A stretch of DNA of 64,000 nt, taken from NCBI GenBank assembly GCA_022843785.1, contig JALHMZ010000001.1, positions 83,516 to 147,515 on the forward strand. Reading direction: 5' to 3'. The notes beneath the pieces were generated by a model. That model saw only the letters and a list, made by a program, of their open reading frames with translations. It was not told the DNA's origin and made no database searches. Origin of the DNA: Nitrospira sp. (GTDB lineage: Bacteria; Nitrospirota; Nitrospiria; Nitrospirales; Nitrospiraceae). Below, in pieces: positions 18,648 to 27,256 of this stretch; positions within the stretch are counted from its first letter, which is position 1, and every line of letters begins with the position of its first letter. A program made the position numbers and the translations under genes.

Positions 18648-19732
18648 GACCGTCCTCCCCAATAGGCGCATTCCGCTTCGAACTGCGTGCGATACCCGAT
18701 CTCCAGATCGTAGCGATGACTCGCCCGCGTCACGTAATAGGTATTGCTGTAGCGCGGCCCGATGCCGGCAACTGTCACATGCGTACCGACCCTGATCTCC
18801 GGATTACCCTCCGCCGTGCCGTCCAGGCAGACGAACCGGCGGGCCCGTTGGTCGAATCCACTGTCTGCGACCGCCTGGGCTTCGTCCTGCGTGCGCACCG
18901 TCAGATGTCCGATATGCTGAGTCCGATTGATCGAGGCTTGCTCCAGCATCTCGGCCCCTGTCGCCCCTTCGCCAGGACCGCGATGCGAGCCGGTGCTTTC
19001 CGCAGTCAGTCGTGCCCCTTGCGCGGCATCCCATCCCGCAACCGTCACCTTATTCGTCTGATGGACCAGATCAGCCAACACCCGGACCCTCCGAAGCTGG
19101 CCATACATATGCAACTCCACACTTCCTCTCCGCACATCCTGTCGAGGCGATACGTGTAGTTCGCCGCCGACCACCTGCACGTCGCCGTCGTAGCGTTCGA
19201 TCACCCGACGAAGAAAGGCCAAATCACTTTCGTTGAGCTGCACCCAGGTCCCGATATTGTCCGTCATGCCAGTCACCACCGGTTGAAGACCCAGGCGGCC
19301 GGCTATCTCCCGTGCCAAATCCGCGATCGCCATCTCATCGTACGTCTTCGTGCGACGGGTCATACGCGCCTGCTGCCCGGCATCCTCAGCCAAGACGGTC
19401 AATTCCGGCGGCCCCTCTTCTCGAAAATCCGCCTCCAAGCCCGTAATCATGCCCTGAAAGATTTCCATCGGCGACGAGACAGGCCCGGCATACACGGTGA
19501 TAGGCTTGCCTAGCGTCAGGATCGCCCCATCCTCGAACGCAAAGGAAGCGCTTCCGTCGGAATCGCTCGCCACATTGCTCAGTCGCAGTTGCAGCGTTGA
19601 GAGGCCGCCCTCCTGCTCGGTAACCTCCATCCCGATCAACAGCTCGGATACTTTCGCATACGACTGTTGATCGATCTGGACCGTCGGTCTTGCGCTATAG
19701 ACTGCGCTAGGGCTGATGGGACGTTCACTCAT
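18644..19732 (-). CDS. Hub protein, phage late control D / gp27-like (N-terminal half of VgrG/Afp8)
   Basis: QLNESDLAFLRR..ERYD, NKVTVAGWD and GTAEGNPEIRVG.V...GIGPRYSNTYYV motifs. Confidence 0.88.
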   Translation of the reverse strand: MSERPISPSAVYSARPTVQIDQQSYAKVSELLIGMEVTEQEGGLSTLQLRLSNVASDSDGSASFAFEDGAILTLGKPITVYAGPVSSPMEIFQGMITGLEADFREEGPPELTVLAEDAGQQARMTRRTKTYDEMAIADLAREIAGRLGLQPVVTGMTDNIGTWVQLNESDLAFLRRVIERYDGDVQVVGGELHVSPRQDVRRGSVELHMYGQLRRVRVLADLVHQTNKVTVAGWDAAQGARLTAESTGSHRGPGEGATGAEMLEQASINRTQHIGHLTVRTQDEAQAVADSGFDQRARRFVCLDGTAEGNPEIRVGTHVTVAGIGPRYSNTYYVTRASHRYDLEIGYRTQFEAECAYWGGRS

Positions 19733-19775
19733 TGCCGAATAGGCTCCACATCATTCAGGATCCTTACAGGTCATG

Positions 19776-19934
19776 CTAATCGGCGTGAATCCGCGCCGCC
19801 CGTGTGGCCAATCGGCGCAACTCGGCAGCGACATCCGGACGTGACGACGAAGCCTGCGTCGCCTGCGGTCGACTCTCCGCCGGCGCAGGTTCCGACTGCA
19901 CATCGGCGATCACTTCATCAATCACCACCGCCAT
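19776..19934 (-). CDS. Small hypothetical CIS protein (52 aa), below the ORF-track cutoff
   Basis: Manual translation MAVVIDEVIADVQSEPAPAESRPQATQASSSRPDVAAELRRLATRAARIHAD. It fills the gap between the tube initiator and gpD; the ATG follows GAGAGG. Confidence 0.65.
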   Translation of the reverse strand: MAVVIDEVIADVQSEPAPAESRPQATQASSSRPDVAAELRRLATRAARIHAD

Positions 19935-19937
19935 GAT

Positions 19938-20987
19938 TTACCTCTCATCAAATCGAATTTTGGAGGCCAAGGTGGTATGAACTCCGACATCGGCGTTCAA
20001 ACTGGCGGAACCTTCCACTTTCGCCCGTCCTCCAACCCCAAACTGAGCCCCTTGATCAGTCGCCAAACCTACCGAGTCGGCACGTGGCAGCAGGGACCTG
20101 GAATTCAGCCCAGGTGGCACAGATCTGCTTGACGATGTCGTGCGCAATCCGGCAAACGCACCCTGAGTCGCGGTGACCCCTGCGGAAGCCGATCCACCGA
20201 TGGTTACCCCTGCACCCGCACCGACACCACCCGACAAACCTGCTGATATGCCCCCCCCGAACGACACTCCCACACCGGCTCCGGCTGATGCTCCGATTCC
20301 TCCGCTGATACCAATCCCCAACCCGGCCCCACCCGATGCGAACGCCGCAGGCCCACCAAGCGACACCGATGCCCCCAACGAGATCGGCCCACTGGTAAAT
20401 CGCAATGTCTCCAGCCCGTTGGCAAGGCCCACGCCACGACCAACATCTCCGACACCGGCCATGGCTGAGATCCCGGTCACGCCAGCACTGGCTGAGAGAG
20501 ACAACACAGCCCCCTCCTCGCTGCCCTCACCGGCTCCGGAACCTGCCCCATCCTCAGCAAACACGGCTTCCTGCCGAACCATGCTCAGATTCACCTTGGC
20601 CCGCAAAGGGACGCCGGAAGGCGAGAAGAAATCGATCGTCTCCTGGTAGGACTGAACCATCCCCTGAAAGACGAACGTTCCCCACTCAAACCGCACAATG
20701 GCAGGAATTCGCTGTTCATCCGGCTCCATGAGCACCGCGATCCGCTGCGTCACCTCGCGCACATCCGTCCCCGCCCCGGTCGTATCAAACATGAGTTCCA
20801 TCGTCAGCGTGGCGGAACTCCCGGTAACATACTGTTTGGTGTCGCCCGATTCGCCGCTTGTTCCCAACGTGTTGGCAATGGAGAGCTGCAACGACGTCGG
20901 GTTGAAATGCACCGTGATCGCCTGATCCTGCTGAGGTCCGCTTTGCGGGGTAAAGACGGCTTTTTGTACTCGCTGGCTGTCGCTCAT
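19938..20987 (-). CDS. CIS tube initiator (Afp7-like) with Gly/Ala/Ser-rich C-terminal region and no LysM
   Basis: ITVHFNPTSL...LMFDTT...PAIVRFEWG..VFQG...FFSPSGVPLRAKV.L is the CIS tube-like pattern. Confidence 0.75.
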   Translation of the reverse strand: MSDSQRVQKAVFTPQSGPQQDQAITVHFNPTSLQLSIANTLGTSGESGDTKQYVTGSSATLTMELMFDTTGAGTDVREVTQRIAVLMEPDEQRIPAIVRFEWGTFVFQGMVQSYQETIDFFSPSGVPLRAKVNLSMVRQEAVFAEDGAGSGAGEGSEEGAVLSLSASAGVTGISAMAGVGDVGRGVGLANGLETLRFTSGPISLGASVSLGGPAAFASGGAGLGIGISGGIGASAGAGVGVSFGGGISAGLSGGVGAGAGVTIGGSASAGVTATQGAFAGLRTTSSSRSVPPGLNSRSLLPRADSVGLATDQGAQFGVGGRAKVEGSASLNADVGVHTTLASKIRFDER

Positions 20988-21005
20988 CGTGGCAGGGCTT
21001 TCCGG

Positions 21006-21485
21006 TTATGACACCAATTCCAGTCCTTCATGGACCACATGCAACTCTTCAATCCCAACTTCTGAAGCCTTGGCGTTCAGATCCGCCGTTTTGAATTTTA
21101 CTGGCATGGCCTGGCGCAACACCCACGTCACGGCGGGAGTCCCAGCGTGATCGAGCATGACGATAGCCAGCGATAACCGGTGTGCGGACGCCCCCCCCTG
21201 GGTCACCATGGAGAACCACTGCCAGAGGTGTTGGCTACGAAGAATGCCGCGCCGCAATACGACGGTCGCAAAACTTACCGGCCCAACCCGCTGCGCCGCG
21301 CCGTAATTACGTCCTCCTTCTCGAATGGCGACCGGCTCCATCGTCGCTTCCAAACCCGTACACTCGGCAAAGCCCCCGTCGAGTGAGGACAATGCGGACG
21401 TACCGCTCCCCCCGAGCGGCTCCTCAGAAAAGGAAACCTGAAAACGAAACGGGCTGATCGGATCTTGCCTGCTGTTTATGGCCAC
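21006..21485 (-). CDS. Tail tube protein 2 (T4 gp19-like)
   Basis: F.F.V...GFAECTGL...IREGGRN...V.L.RG...W.W...PVKF...DLNA..SEVGIEEL.VVHEGL. Confidence 0.88.
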   Translation of the reverse strand: MAINSRQDPISPFRFQVSFSEEPLGGSGTSALSSLDGGFAECTGLEATMEPVAIREGGRNYGAAQRVGPVSFATVVLRRGILRSQHLWQWFSMVTQGGASAHRLSLAIVMLDHAGTPAVTWVLRQAMPVKFKTADLNAKASEVGIEELHVVHEGLELVS

Positions 21486-21528
21486 ATCGCCTCGCTTGAA
21501 TCATCAGTCGACCAACCCTGCCCTCCGC

Positions 21529-23100
21529 TCACGCGACGACGCCATCGGAAGACAACAGGGACACCTGCCCACCCTCATGCAATCCCAGCACAACCGTAAT
21601 CCGTTCAATCGGCGCGGACGCCTGAAACTGCACCGTGACGATCACGCGTCCTGCGTCCAAATCCTGTTGGCTCATCGTGCTGCGATCGCACCGAACCTGA
21701 AAGGCCTCGTCCGGTGTGACACCACGCAAGGCCCCGTCCTGAAACAGCCCGACCAGCAACCGTTGTAACCGCTCCCGGATCAGCCCCCACAGCGCTTCAC
21801 CCGACGGCTCAAACAGCAGGTCCTCGCCTGCCAGACGCGCCGCCCGCACAAGGGCCGTGACAAGGCGATTGACACAGGCCGGTCGGTACCCTTCATCGAG
21901 ACTAGTCGTGACATCGGACAGCAAAACAAACCCTCTGGGTATTCGCCCGAGAATCGACACCCGCTCCGCCATCGACCGCCGACGAGTACCCTGCCGACCC
22001 GCATGACCGGCCGGCCGTTCGAACTGTTCCCGCCCCCACCCCGGCCATACATCCGTAACCTCGACGAGCGGCAACCCGGCGGCGCTGTGGAAACTTCCTC
22101 GCATGAGCGCATTTCTCGCCAACAATCCGGCCAGCACTCCATCCGGACTTTCCAACCCCTCGGGAAGCAGGTTGGATGCGGATGTCCGCACCCAGGGAAA
22201 CGCAAGTTGAACGAACGCGCTCGCCACTCCGGGCCGAACGGACTCCGTCAATCCGGCATCAAACACACCGTCGCCCTGACGGCTCAACCAGCCATGATAA
22301 TCCCGTTCAAGCTCGGTCCCGGCTTTCGGCAGCGGCAACGCCGCCACAAGCTGGACTTCTCGTCGGCGTCCAGCCAGCATGCCGCCCACGAGATTCACCG
22401 CCGTGGCCCACTCGCCTGCAGCAGCTGCATCACACCGTGGGGCACTGCCCCATCGCACGGGGTCATCGGCCGCGGGATCAGCCGCTTCCGTGCCGCACTC
22501 GACGAACTCTTCAGCTACGCGAGGCAACTCCCGCACCACAACCGGGTCTGGATCGACGGCAAAAGCTTCGGCAAGATCCGGCAGACAAAGATAGGAGACC
22601 TCAGGCAATCCGAAGATATGTCCGACCCCCTGCCAACTCGTCCTGGCCAACGGGGTACAACTCACTTGCCCGGTCGACCATCCCGGAATCAGTTCATCCA
22701 CCCGCGCCAGCCGGGCCACACGAGAAAACCCGTACTCCCAGGGATTCCCTACCCGGACCACATAACATTTGCGGCCGCCTTGTGAAAAAAACGACCGGAC
22801 TGCTGCGCCAAGATAGGTGATCCCTCCAGATCCGTTTGTACGGGAGTCCCAACGGAACAACCGATTGAAGAGCTCCCACGAATCGATCGGAATCGGAATG
22901 TCGTCCAACGCGTCGGGGTCGAACCCCGGCCTCCCAAGCTGCGCAGCAGTCCATCCGTATTCACTCATCCACTCACGGAGAAAGGGGGGCAGCCCAGCCC
23001 CCTGACGCCTGGCGACAAAGCCGACAAAGCATGCGATATCGGCCCGATTGGGATCGACGGTGGCAACCGGAGCCTGTTCCTCAAACTGAATTCCGTTCAT
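21529..23100 (-). CDS. Tail sheath protein 2 (divergent)
   Basis: RADIACFVG, AVRSFFSQGGRKCYVVRVG and C-terminal GAL.G.TPDEAFQVRCDRSTM.QQDLDAGRVI. Confidence 0.85.
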   Translation of the reverse strand: MNGIQFEEQAPVATVDPNRADIACFVGFVARRQGAGLPPFLREWMSEYGWTAAQLGRPGFDPDALDDIPIPIDSWELFNRLFRWDSRTNGSGGITYLGAAVRSFFSQGGRKCYVVRVGNPWEYGFSRVARLARVDELIPGWSTGQVSCTPLARTSWQGVGHIFGLPEVSYLCLPDLAEAFAVDPDPVVVRELPRVAEEFVECGTEAADPAADDPVRWGSAPRCDAAAAGEWATAVNLVGGMLAGRRREVQLVAALPLPKAGTELERDYHGWLSRQGDGVFDAGLTESVRPGVASAFVQLAFPWVRTSASNLLPEGLESPDGVLAGLLARNALMRGSFHSAAGLPLVEVTDVWPGWGREQFERPAGHAGRQGTRRRSMAERVSILGRIPRGFVLLSDVTTSLDEGYRPACVNRLVTALVRAARLAGEDLLFEPSGEALWGLIRERLQRLLVGLFQDGALRGVTPDEAFQVRCDRSTMSQQDLDAGRVIVTVQFQASAPIERITVVLGLHEGGQVSLLSSDGVVA

Positions 23101-23109
23101 GGCGTGTCA

Positions 23110-23559
23110 CTAGGCCACCTGTTCAAATTCCAATCCTTCAACCGACAACACTAATTCCTCCATCGCCACGTCTCCTCCGCCCTTCGCAGCTAGAGTCGGA
23201 CCGGCATACTTCATCGGAAACACGCGTGACAGCGACCAGGCCATGACCGGATTGCGCGCCTCATCCAGCATCGTGACCACCACAGTCCGCTTGGCGGAGG
23301 GGCCGTTATGCCGGACTTCGTTCACCCAGGCCCACAAGTCGGTGGAATTGACGATACCCCGCTTCAAGGTGACGTCGGAGACCTTGTGCATCCCCGGCAC
23401 TTTGCGGACATGGTTTTCTTTCTCGTTGCCATTCCGATACTCTGCCACCGTGATGTCCGTACTCAAGCCGGACACGTCGGAAAATCCGCCGAAGGCCTCT
23501 TGTCCGTCGATGTTCACGATGAAATTGAATGCCCCGTAGGGGGTCGTACGTGCTGCCAT
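23110..23559 (-). CDS. Tail tube protein 1 (T4 gp19-like)
   Basis: PYGAFNFIV..GFSDVSGL..EYRNGN...RKVPG..K..DVTLKRG...P.KY.GPTL.A. Confidence 0.95.
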   Translation of the reverse strand: MAARTTPYGAFNFIVNIDGQEAFGGFSDVSGLSTDITVAEYRNGNEKENHVRKVPGMHKVSDVTLKRGIVNSTDLWAWVNEVRHNGPSAKRTVVVTMLDEARNPVMAWSLSRVFPMKYAGPTLAAKGGGDVAMEELVLSVEGLEFEQVA

Positions 23560-23577
23560 AGTGACTCCTCCTCCCGA

Positions 23578-25287
23578 TTAGTTTCGCTCGTCCGCGGTCT
23601 TTTGGCCGATGCGGAAGATCACGAACTCCGCCGGTTTCAACACGGCAATACCGACCAGACAGATCAAGCGTCCATTATCCAGATCGTTCTGCGTCATGGT
23701 GCTACGGTCGCACCGAACGAAGAATGCTTCCTTCGCGGATGCGCCCAACAACGCGCCATTCACCCACTCGTTGTAGAGAAACGCCGACACCGTTTCACGG
23801 ACATTGGCCCAGAGCCGCTCGCCGTTCGGTTCGAATACCGCCCATTGCGTCCCCCGGTCGATGGACGCTTCGAGGTAATTCATATAGCGGCGCACATTGA
23901 CGTACTTCCACTCAGGGTCGGAACTGACCGTCCGCGCTCCCCACACCCGATAACCGCGCCCGCTGAGATACCGCAGGCAGTTAACGCCGAGCGGGTTGAG
24001 AACCTCCTGCTCGGCAAAGTTCACGTCTCGCTCGAAGCGCAAAGCGCCGCGCACCACTTCGTTCGCCGGAGCCTTATGGACGCCCCGCTCGACATCGTTG
24101 CGCGCATAGACGCCGCAGACAAATCCGGACGGTGGCAGCGCAAGTTCGCGCGGCACACTGGCATCCCCTGCACGCGCCAATGGATTGCTGACGACCACCC
24201 ACGGGTAGTACAGAGCAGCATACTTCGAATCAACGCGCCCCCTGATCTCCCGCGCTTCGGAGACCGCTTTGTCGGCTGGCGTATCCAACACGGCAATGCG
24301 ATAGGCCCGAGCACGCTCCGCATGGCTGATCAACGCGCCCAGAATACCCTGCGCATCGCCATACGCCGAAGAACCCGGCGCAGCCACGATCGAGAGATCC
24401 TCGATCTTTTCAAACTCCCTGAGCCCCGCCTCATAGGCTGTCTGGTTCGGAGCAGTGCCGTCGCTGCCGTTCCCCAGCGTCTGAGACCAGACATCGGCAG
24501 TGCCAAAAAGCCCGGCCCGCAGATCGAACGCGGTAACCGCCGACCCGATCTCGACGGCCAACCACTGTTCCAACGCATCGCTTCGTCGGGAAGGCGTGGC
24601 TGAAAAGACGTTTCCGATCCAGCGCGGATGTGAACGGTCGAACCCGAGGTCATCGAAACCGGCTGTATGCCCATCTCCATCCACCGCCACGACCGACAGA
24701 CTGATGAAATCAGCGGTGCCGTTGGGGGCCGCCGTATCAGCCAGGCCGCTCAGATCAAGCGTATTCGCCGACGAATCAACCCACGTACCATTCAGCTTGA
24801 CATGAAACACCGTGCCCGCGCCGGAGCCGGATCGGACCATCGCTCCGGACGGTGCGGCATTCATCGTGCGCTTCGTGGCCGGTGCGGTTTGCAGCCGAAC
24901 CACGACCTGTCCGTTGCCTGCTTGACCGGGAAACCGGGCCACAAACCGCGCACGGCGCGTGGGATCGGCATTGGCCACCATGTCGGGCGAGTTGGCCAAA
25001 CCGCCGCTACCGGTATAGGTACGCGAAACATAGAGACGCGCCCCCCCGTTATCGAAGTAGGCCCGGACCGAATGGGCGAGGAAGTTGGTGCCGTATTCCA
25101 GGTTATCCAGCCCGCCATAAATTCGCTCGAAATCCCCGAAGCTGGTGATCAGCTCAGGAGTGCCTCCCACAGGCCCTTTCCGCGTCGGGCCGACGAAACC
25201 GGTTGTGCTGGTGCCAACCCCCTCGATGGACTTGGCACGAAAGCTTGTTTCTTCGACATAGACTCCTGGTGCGAGATATTCTGGCAC
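23578..25287 (-). CDS. Tail sheath protein 1
   Basis: Starts at GTG 25287 with PEYLAPGVYVEE after GGAGGAG. Motifs YAALYYPW, PPSG.V.G.YAR.D..RGVHKAPANE and WAVFEPN...PAEFVIFRI. Confidence 0.96.
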   Translation of the reverse strand: MPEYLAPGVYVEETSFRAKSIEGVGTSTTGFVGPTRKGPVGGTPELITSFGDFERIYGGLDNLEYGTNFLAHSVRAYFDNGGARLYVSRTYTGSGGLANSPDMVANADPTRRARFVARFPGQAGNGQVVVRLQTAPATKRTMNAAPSGAMVRSGSGAGTVFHVKLNGTWVDSSANTLDLSGLADTAAPNGTADFISLSVVAVDGDGHTAGFDDLGFDRSHPRWIGNVFSATPSRRSDALEQWLAVEIGSAVTAFDLRAGLFGTADVWSQTLGNGSDGTAPNQTAYEAGLREFEKIEDLSIVAAPGSSAYGDAQGILGALISHAERARAYRIAVLDTPADKAVSEAREIRGRVDSKYAALYYPWVVVSNPLARAGDASVPRELALPPSGFVCGVYARNDVERGVHKAPANEVVRGALRFERDVNFAEQEVLNPLGVNCLRYLSGRGYRVWGARTVSSDPEWKYVNVRRYMNYLEASIDRGTQWAVFEPNGERLWANVRETVSAFLYNEWVNGALLGASAKEAFFVRCDRSTMTQNDLDNGRLICLVGIAVLKPAEFVIFRIGQKTADERN

Positions 25288-25322
25288 GATGCTCCTCCCT
25301 TCCCATTCCGACTGCACACCCT

Positions 25323-26072
25323 CTAGGGGATTGCGACAGTCACTCGGCACGCCTCTGTTCGTCCTGATGCCAACTTCATCGTTCGCTGTCCATTCGGCAA
25401 AATGCCTCGATTCGCTTCAAGTGCGTCCGGATCCGGCATATCGCCTGCATCAGGATCCACCACCACCTCAACTCGAACATCTACTTCGGTCCCTATCACC
25501 GGCCCCGAAGAAGCCTCCCATGTCGTCACGGGAATGCCGGACACCGCGACCAAAGCTTCCCCACGTGGATCAGACAACCCGCGCGCCAGCACCTGTCCGT
25601 CGCTTGTACGCAACACGCGGATCAATGCACCGCCCAAACCACGGCCGTCCTCCTCGCGAACAACGGTTGCCCGAATGACCGCCCATGCGGAAGAGATCGG
25701 AGCCGATGCACTCAGATACATCCGGCTCTCGATAGGCTGAAACACGGACTCGCCATGTCCGGCTCGAACCGGGTCAGGATCACGTGGAAGTCGGAGAGTG
25801 TGACGGCGAGGCAGATAGGTTGCTCCCATATCACGCACCTCAACGACCGCGCTCAAACTCCCGACGGGTGGAGCAGCAGGAGGATTCGACAGCACGTCCT
25901 GATGCCGCTCAAGGCCTGGCATCTCCATCAGCACGTGCAGCCCTCGGCGATTGCGGACCCATACCGTTCCCGCCCCCCTGACCGATAGGGGTGAAAGAAT
26001 CGGCTGTCCAGTGACGCCATCTACGATGCGCAACGCAGCAAGTACCCGTCTGGTGAGGCTGTCAAGAATCAT
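25323..26072 (-). CDS. Hypothetical CIS protein with carboxypeptidase-regulatory-like beta domain (possible cap adaptor)
   Basis: Coupled to DUF4255 (ATGA overlap). Beta-rich ..GALIRV..GQVLARGLSDPRGEALV segment. Confidence 0.55.
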   Translation of the reverse strand: MILDSLTRRVLAALRIVDGVTGQPILSPLSVRGAGTVWVRNRRGLHVLMEMPGLERHQDVLSNPPAAPPVGSLSAVVEVRDMGATYLPRRHTLRLPRDPDPVRAGHGESVFQPIESRMYLSASAPISSAWAVIRATVVREEDGRGLGGALIRVLRTSDGQVLARGLSDPRGEALVAVSGIPVTTWEASSGPVIGTEVDVRVEVVVDPDAGDMPDPDALEANRGILPNGQRTMKLASGRTEACRVTVAIP

Positions 26073-26653
26073 TGGGCGGCCTCCAGCCCGGCCATTTTGA
26101 AATTCCTGGCCACCACAGGCAGGCCGCTGGAAACAGCATCAGGATCGATCCGCACCACGCGCGCGCTATAGGACAGACTCAGCCGATAGGACGGCTCCAA
26201 TGCATCCCAGATGCGCATCAAATCCTCGTGGCTGAGCTCTGCGGGAATGATGTGGACAATATCACTCGGATCCCAGCCTCCTTCCGGTGACAGCGTCGAT
26301 CGATCCAGGACAGGACGCTGGTACAACTGACGCATCGCCCAGGCAAGGATCGTTTGTTCAGCCAGAGCATTGTCGGCCCACACCGTCAGCAGGAAATGCA
26401 AATCCACCGACATCGGCGCATCAACGCGAATCAGGTCGTTCGTACTTCGCACATTGCGAACGTGCTCGTTCATCGTAATGCGATAGAGATACAGCGAGAG
26501 CGTGGTGCCTCGCTCTTCCGTACTCCCCATTTCCTGGCTGGCGAACAGCTTGAACTCGCAGGGATGTGCCGTTCGCAGATCGCTGGGATACGTATTGCGC
26601 AAATACGCCACGAGTGATGTTCCAACGGAATGAATCGCAAGCACATTAGCCAT
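26069..26653 (-). CDS. DUF4255 / Pvc16-like tail cap (terminator) protein
   Basis: LSLYLYRITMNEH.RN...DLHFLLT.W...LAWAMRQL...IWDAL...YRLSLSY.ARVV.I. Confidence 0.9.
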   Translation of the reverse strand: MANVLAIHSVGTSLVAYLRNTYPSDLRTAHPCEFKLFASQEMGSTEERGTTLSLYLYRITMNEHVRNVRSTNDLIRVDAPMSVDLHFLLTVWADNALAEQTILAWAMRQLYQRPVLDRSTLSPEGGWDPSDIVHIIPAELSHEDLMRIWDALEPSYRLSLSYSARVVRIDPDAVSSGLPVVARNFKMAGLEAAQ

Positions 26654-26921
26654 GGAGATGTCGCTTTACTTCATCCAAACGATCTTTGTTCAACCCGTAA
26701 AAACAGACGCCGGATGCCCCCACCCTTACTGAAACCCACCCGCGTTGCGTAAGTTGCTCCAAGCTGCAACGAACCACGTCGGCGTGAGCCGTACGATCGG
26801 CAGGAGATCCCCACCACCGCGCGACACCCTCCAGGGTATCCTTGGCATCAGGATGTTCGACAAGGTGCCGCAAGATGGTTCTGACCGCTTGCTCCACCTC
26901 GGCAGAGGTTCCTTCCGTCAC
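26646..26921 (-). CDS. Small winged-helix-like hypothetical protein, first gene of the CIS operon
   Basis: IL.HL..HP.AKDTLEGVARWW...V..SLEQL...GWV...FY. GTG start with GGAG RBS. Confidence 0.65.
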   Translation of the reverse strand: MTEGTSAEVEQAVRTILRHLVEHPDAKDTLEGVARWWGSPADRTAHADVVRCSLEQLTQRGWVSVRVGASGVCFYGLNKDRLDEVKRHLHG

Positions 26922-26956
26922 GCTCTACTCCGCATCTCTTGAGTACGGCAGACACC

Positions 26957-26972
26957 AGCAAACCCCATGCCT
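26957..26972 (-). promoter_or_regulatory. Sigma54 (-24/-12) promoter of the CIS operon
   Basis: Minus-strand AGGCATGGGGTTTGCT has exact GG-N10-GC spacing and matches GGCAY-N5-TTGC. It lies ~36 nt upstream of the GTG at 26921, next to a sigma54 activator gene. Confidence 0.75.
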
Positions 26973-27032
26973 TCAGACAACGATCCGAATCCACGTTGTT
27001 TCGGCTAATTACATGACCCATCGAATGGATAG

Positions 27033-27147
27033 CTGCGGCAAACTTACCCCTGCTTACTCTTGATAAATGTAGCTCCTCATCATGAGGAGCAAGCCGTTTG
27101 CACGCTGCGGCCTATCTACCTCGGCAATGAGGGCGAACTTGCCGCAG
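27033..27147. promoter_or_regulatory. Candidate upstream activator sequences
   Basis: CTGCGGCAA (27033-27041) and TTGCCGCAG (27139-27147) are exact reverse complements, each inside an imperfect 20-bp palindrome. A separate palindrome GCTCCTCAT-C-ATGAGGAGC lies at 27072-27090. Confidence 0.45.
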
Positions 27148-27256
27148 TACTATTGGGGGATAGGAGGAAGATGCACCACAGGTTCCTGATGGATGCCATT
27201 AGGAACTTCACGAGGGCACATGGCCACAGCTACTCGGACAACGAGGTGCGTATACG

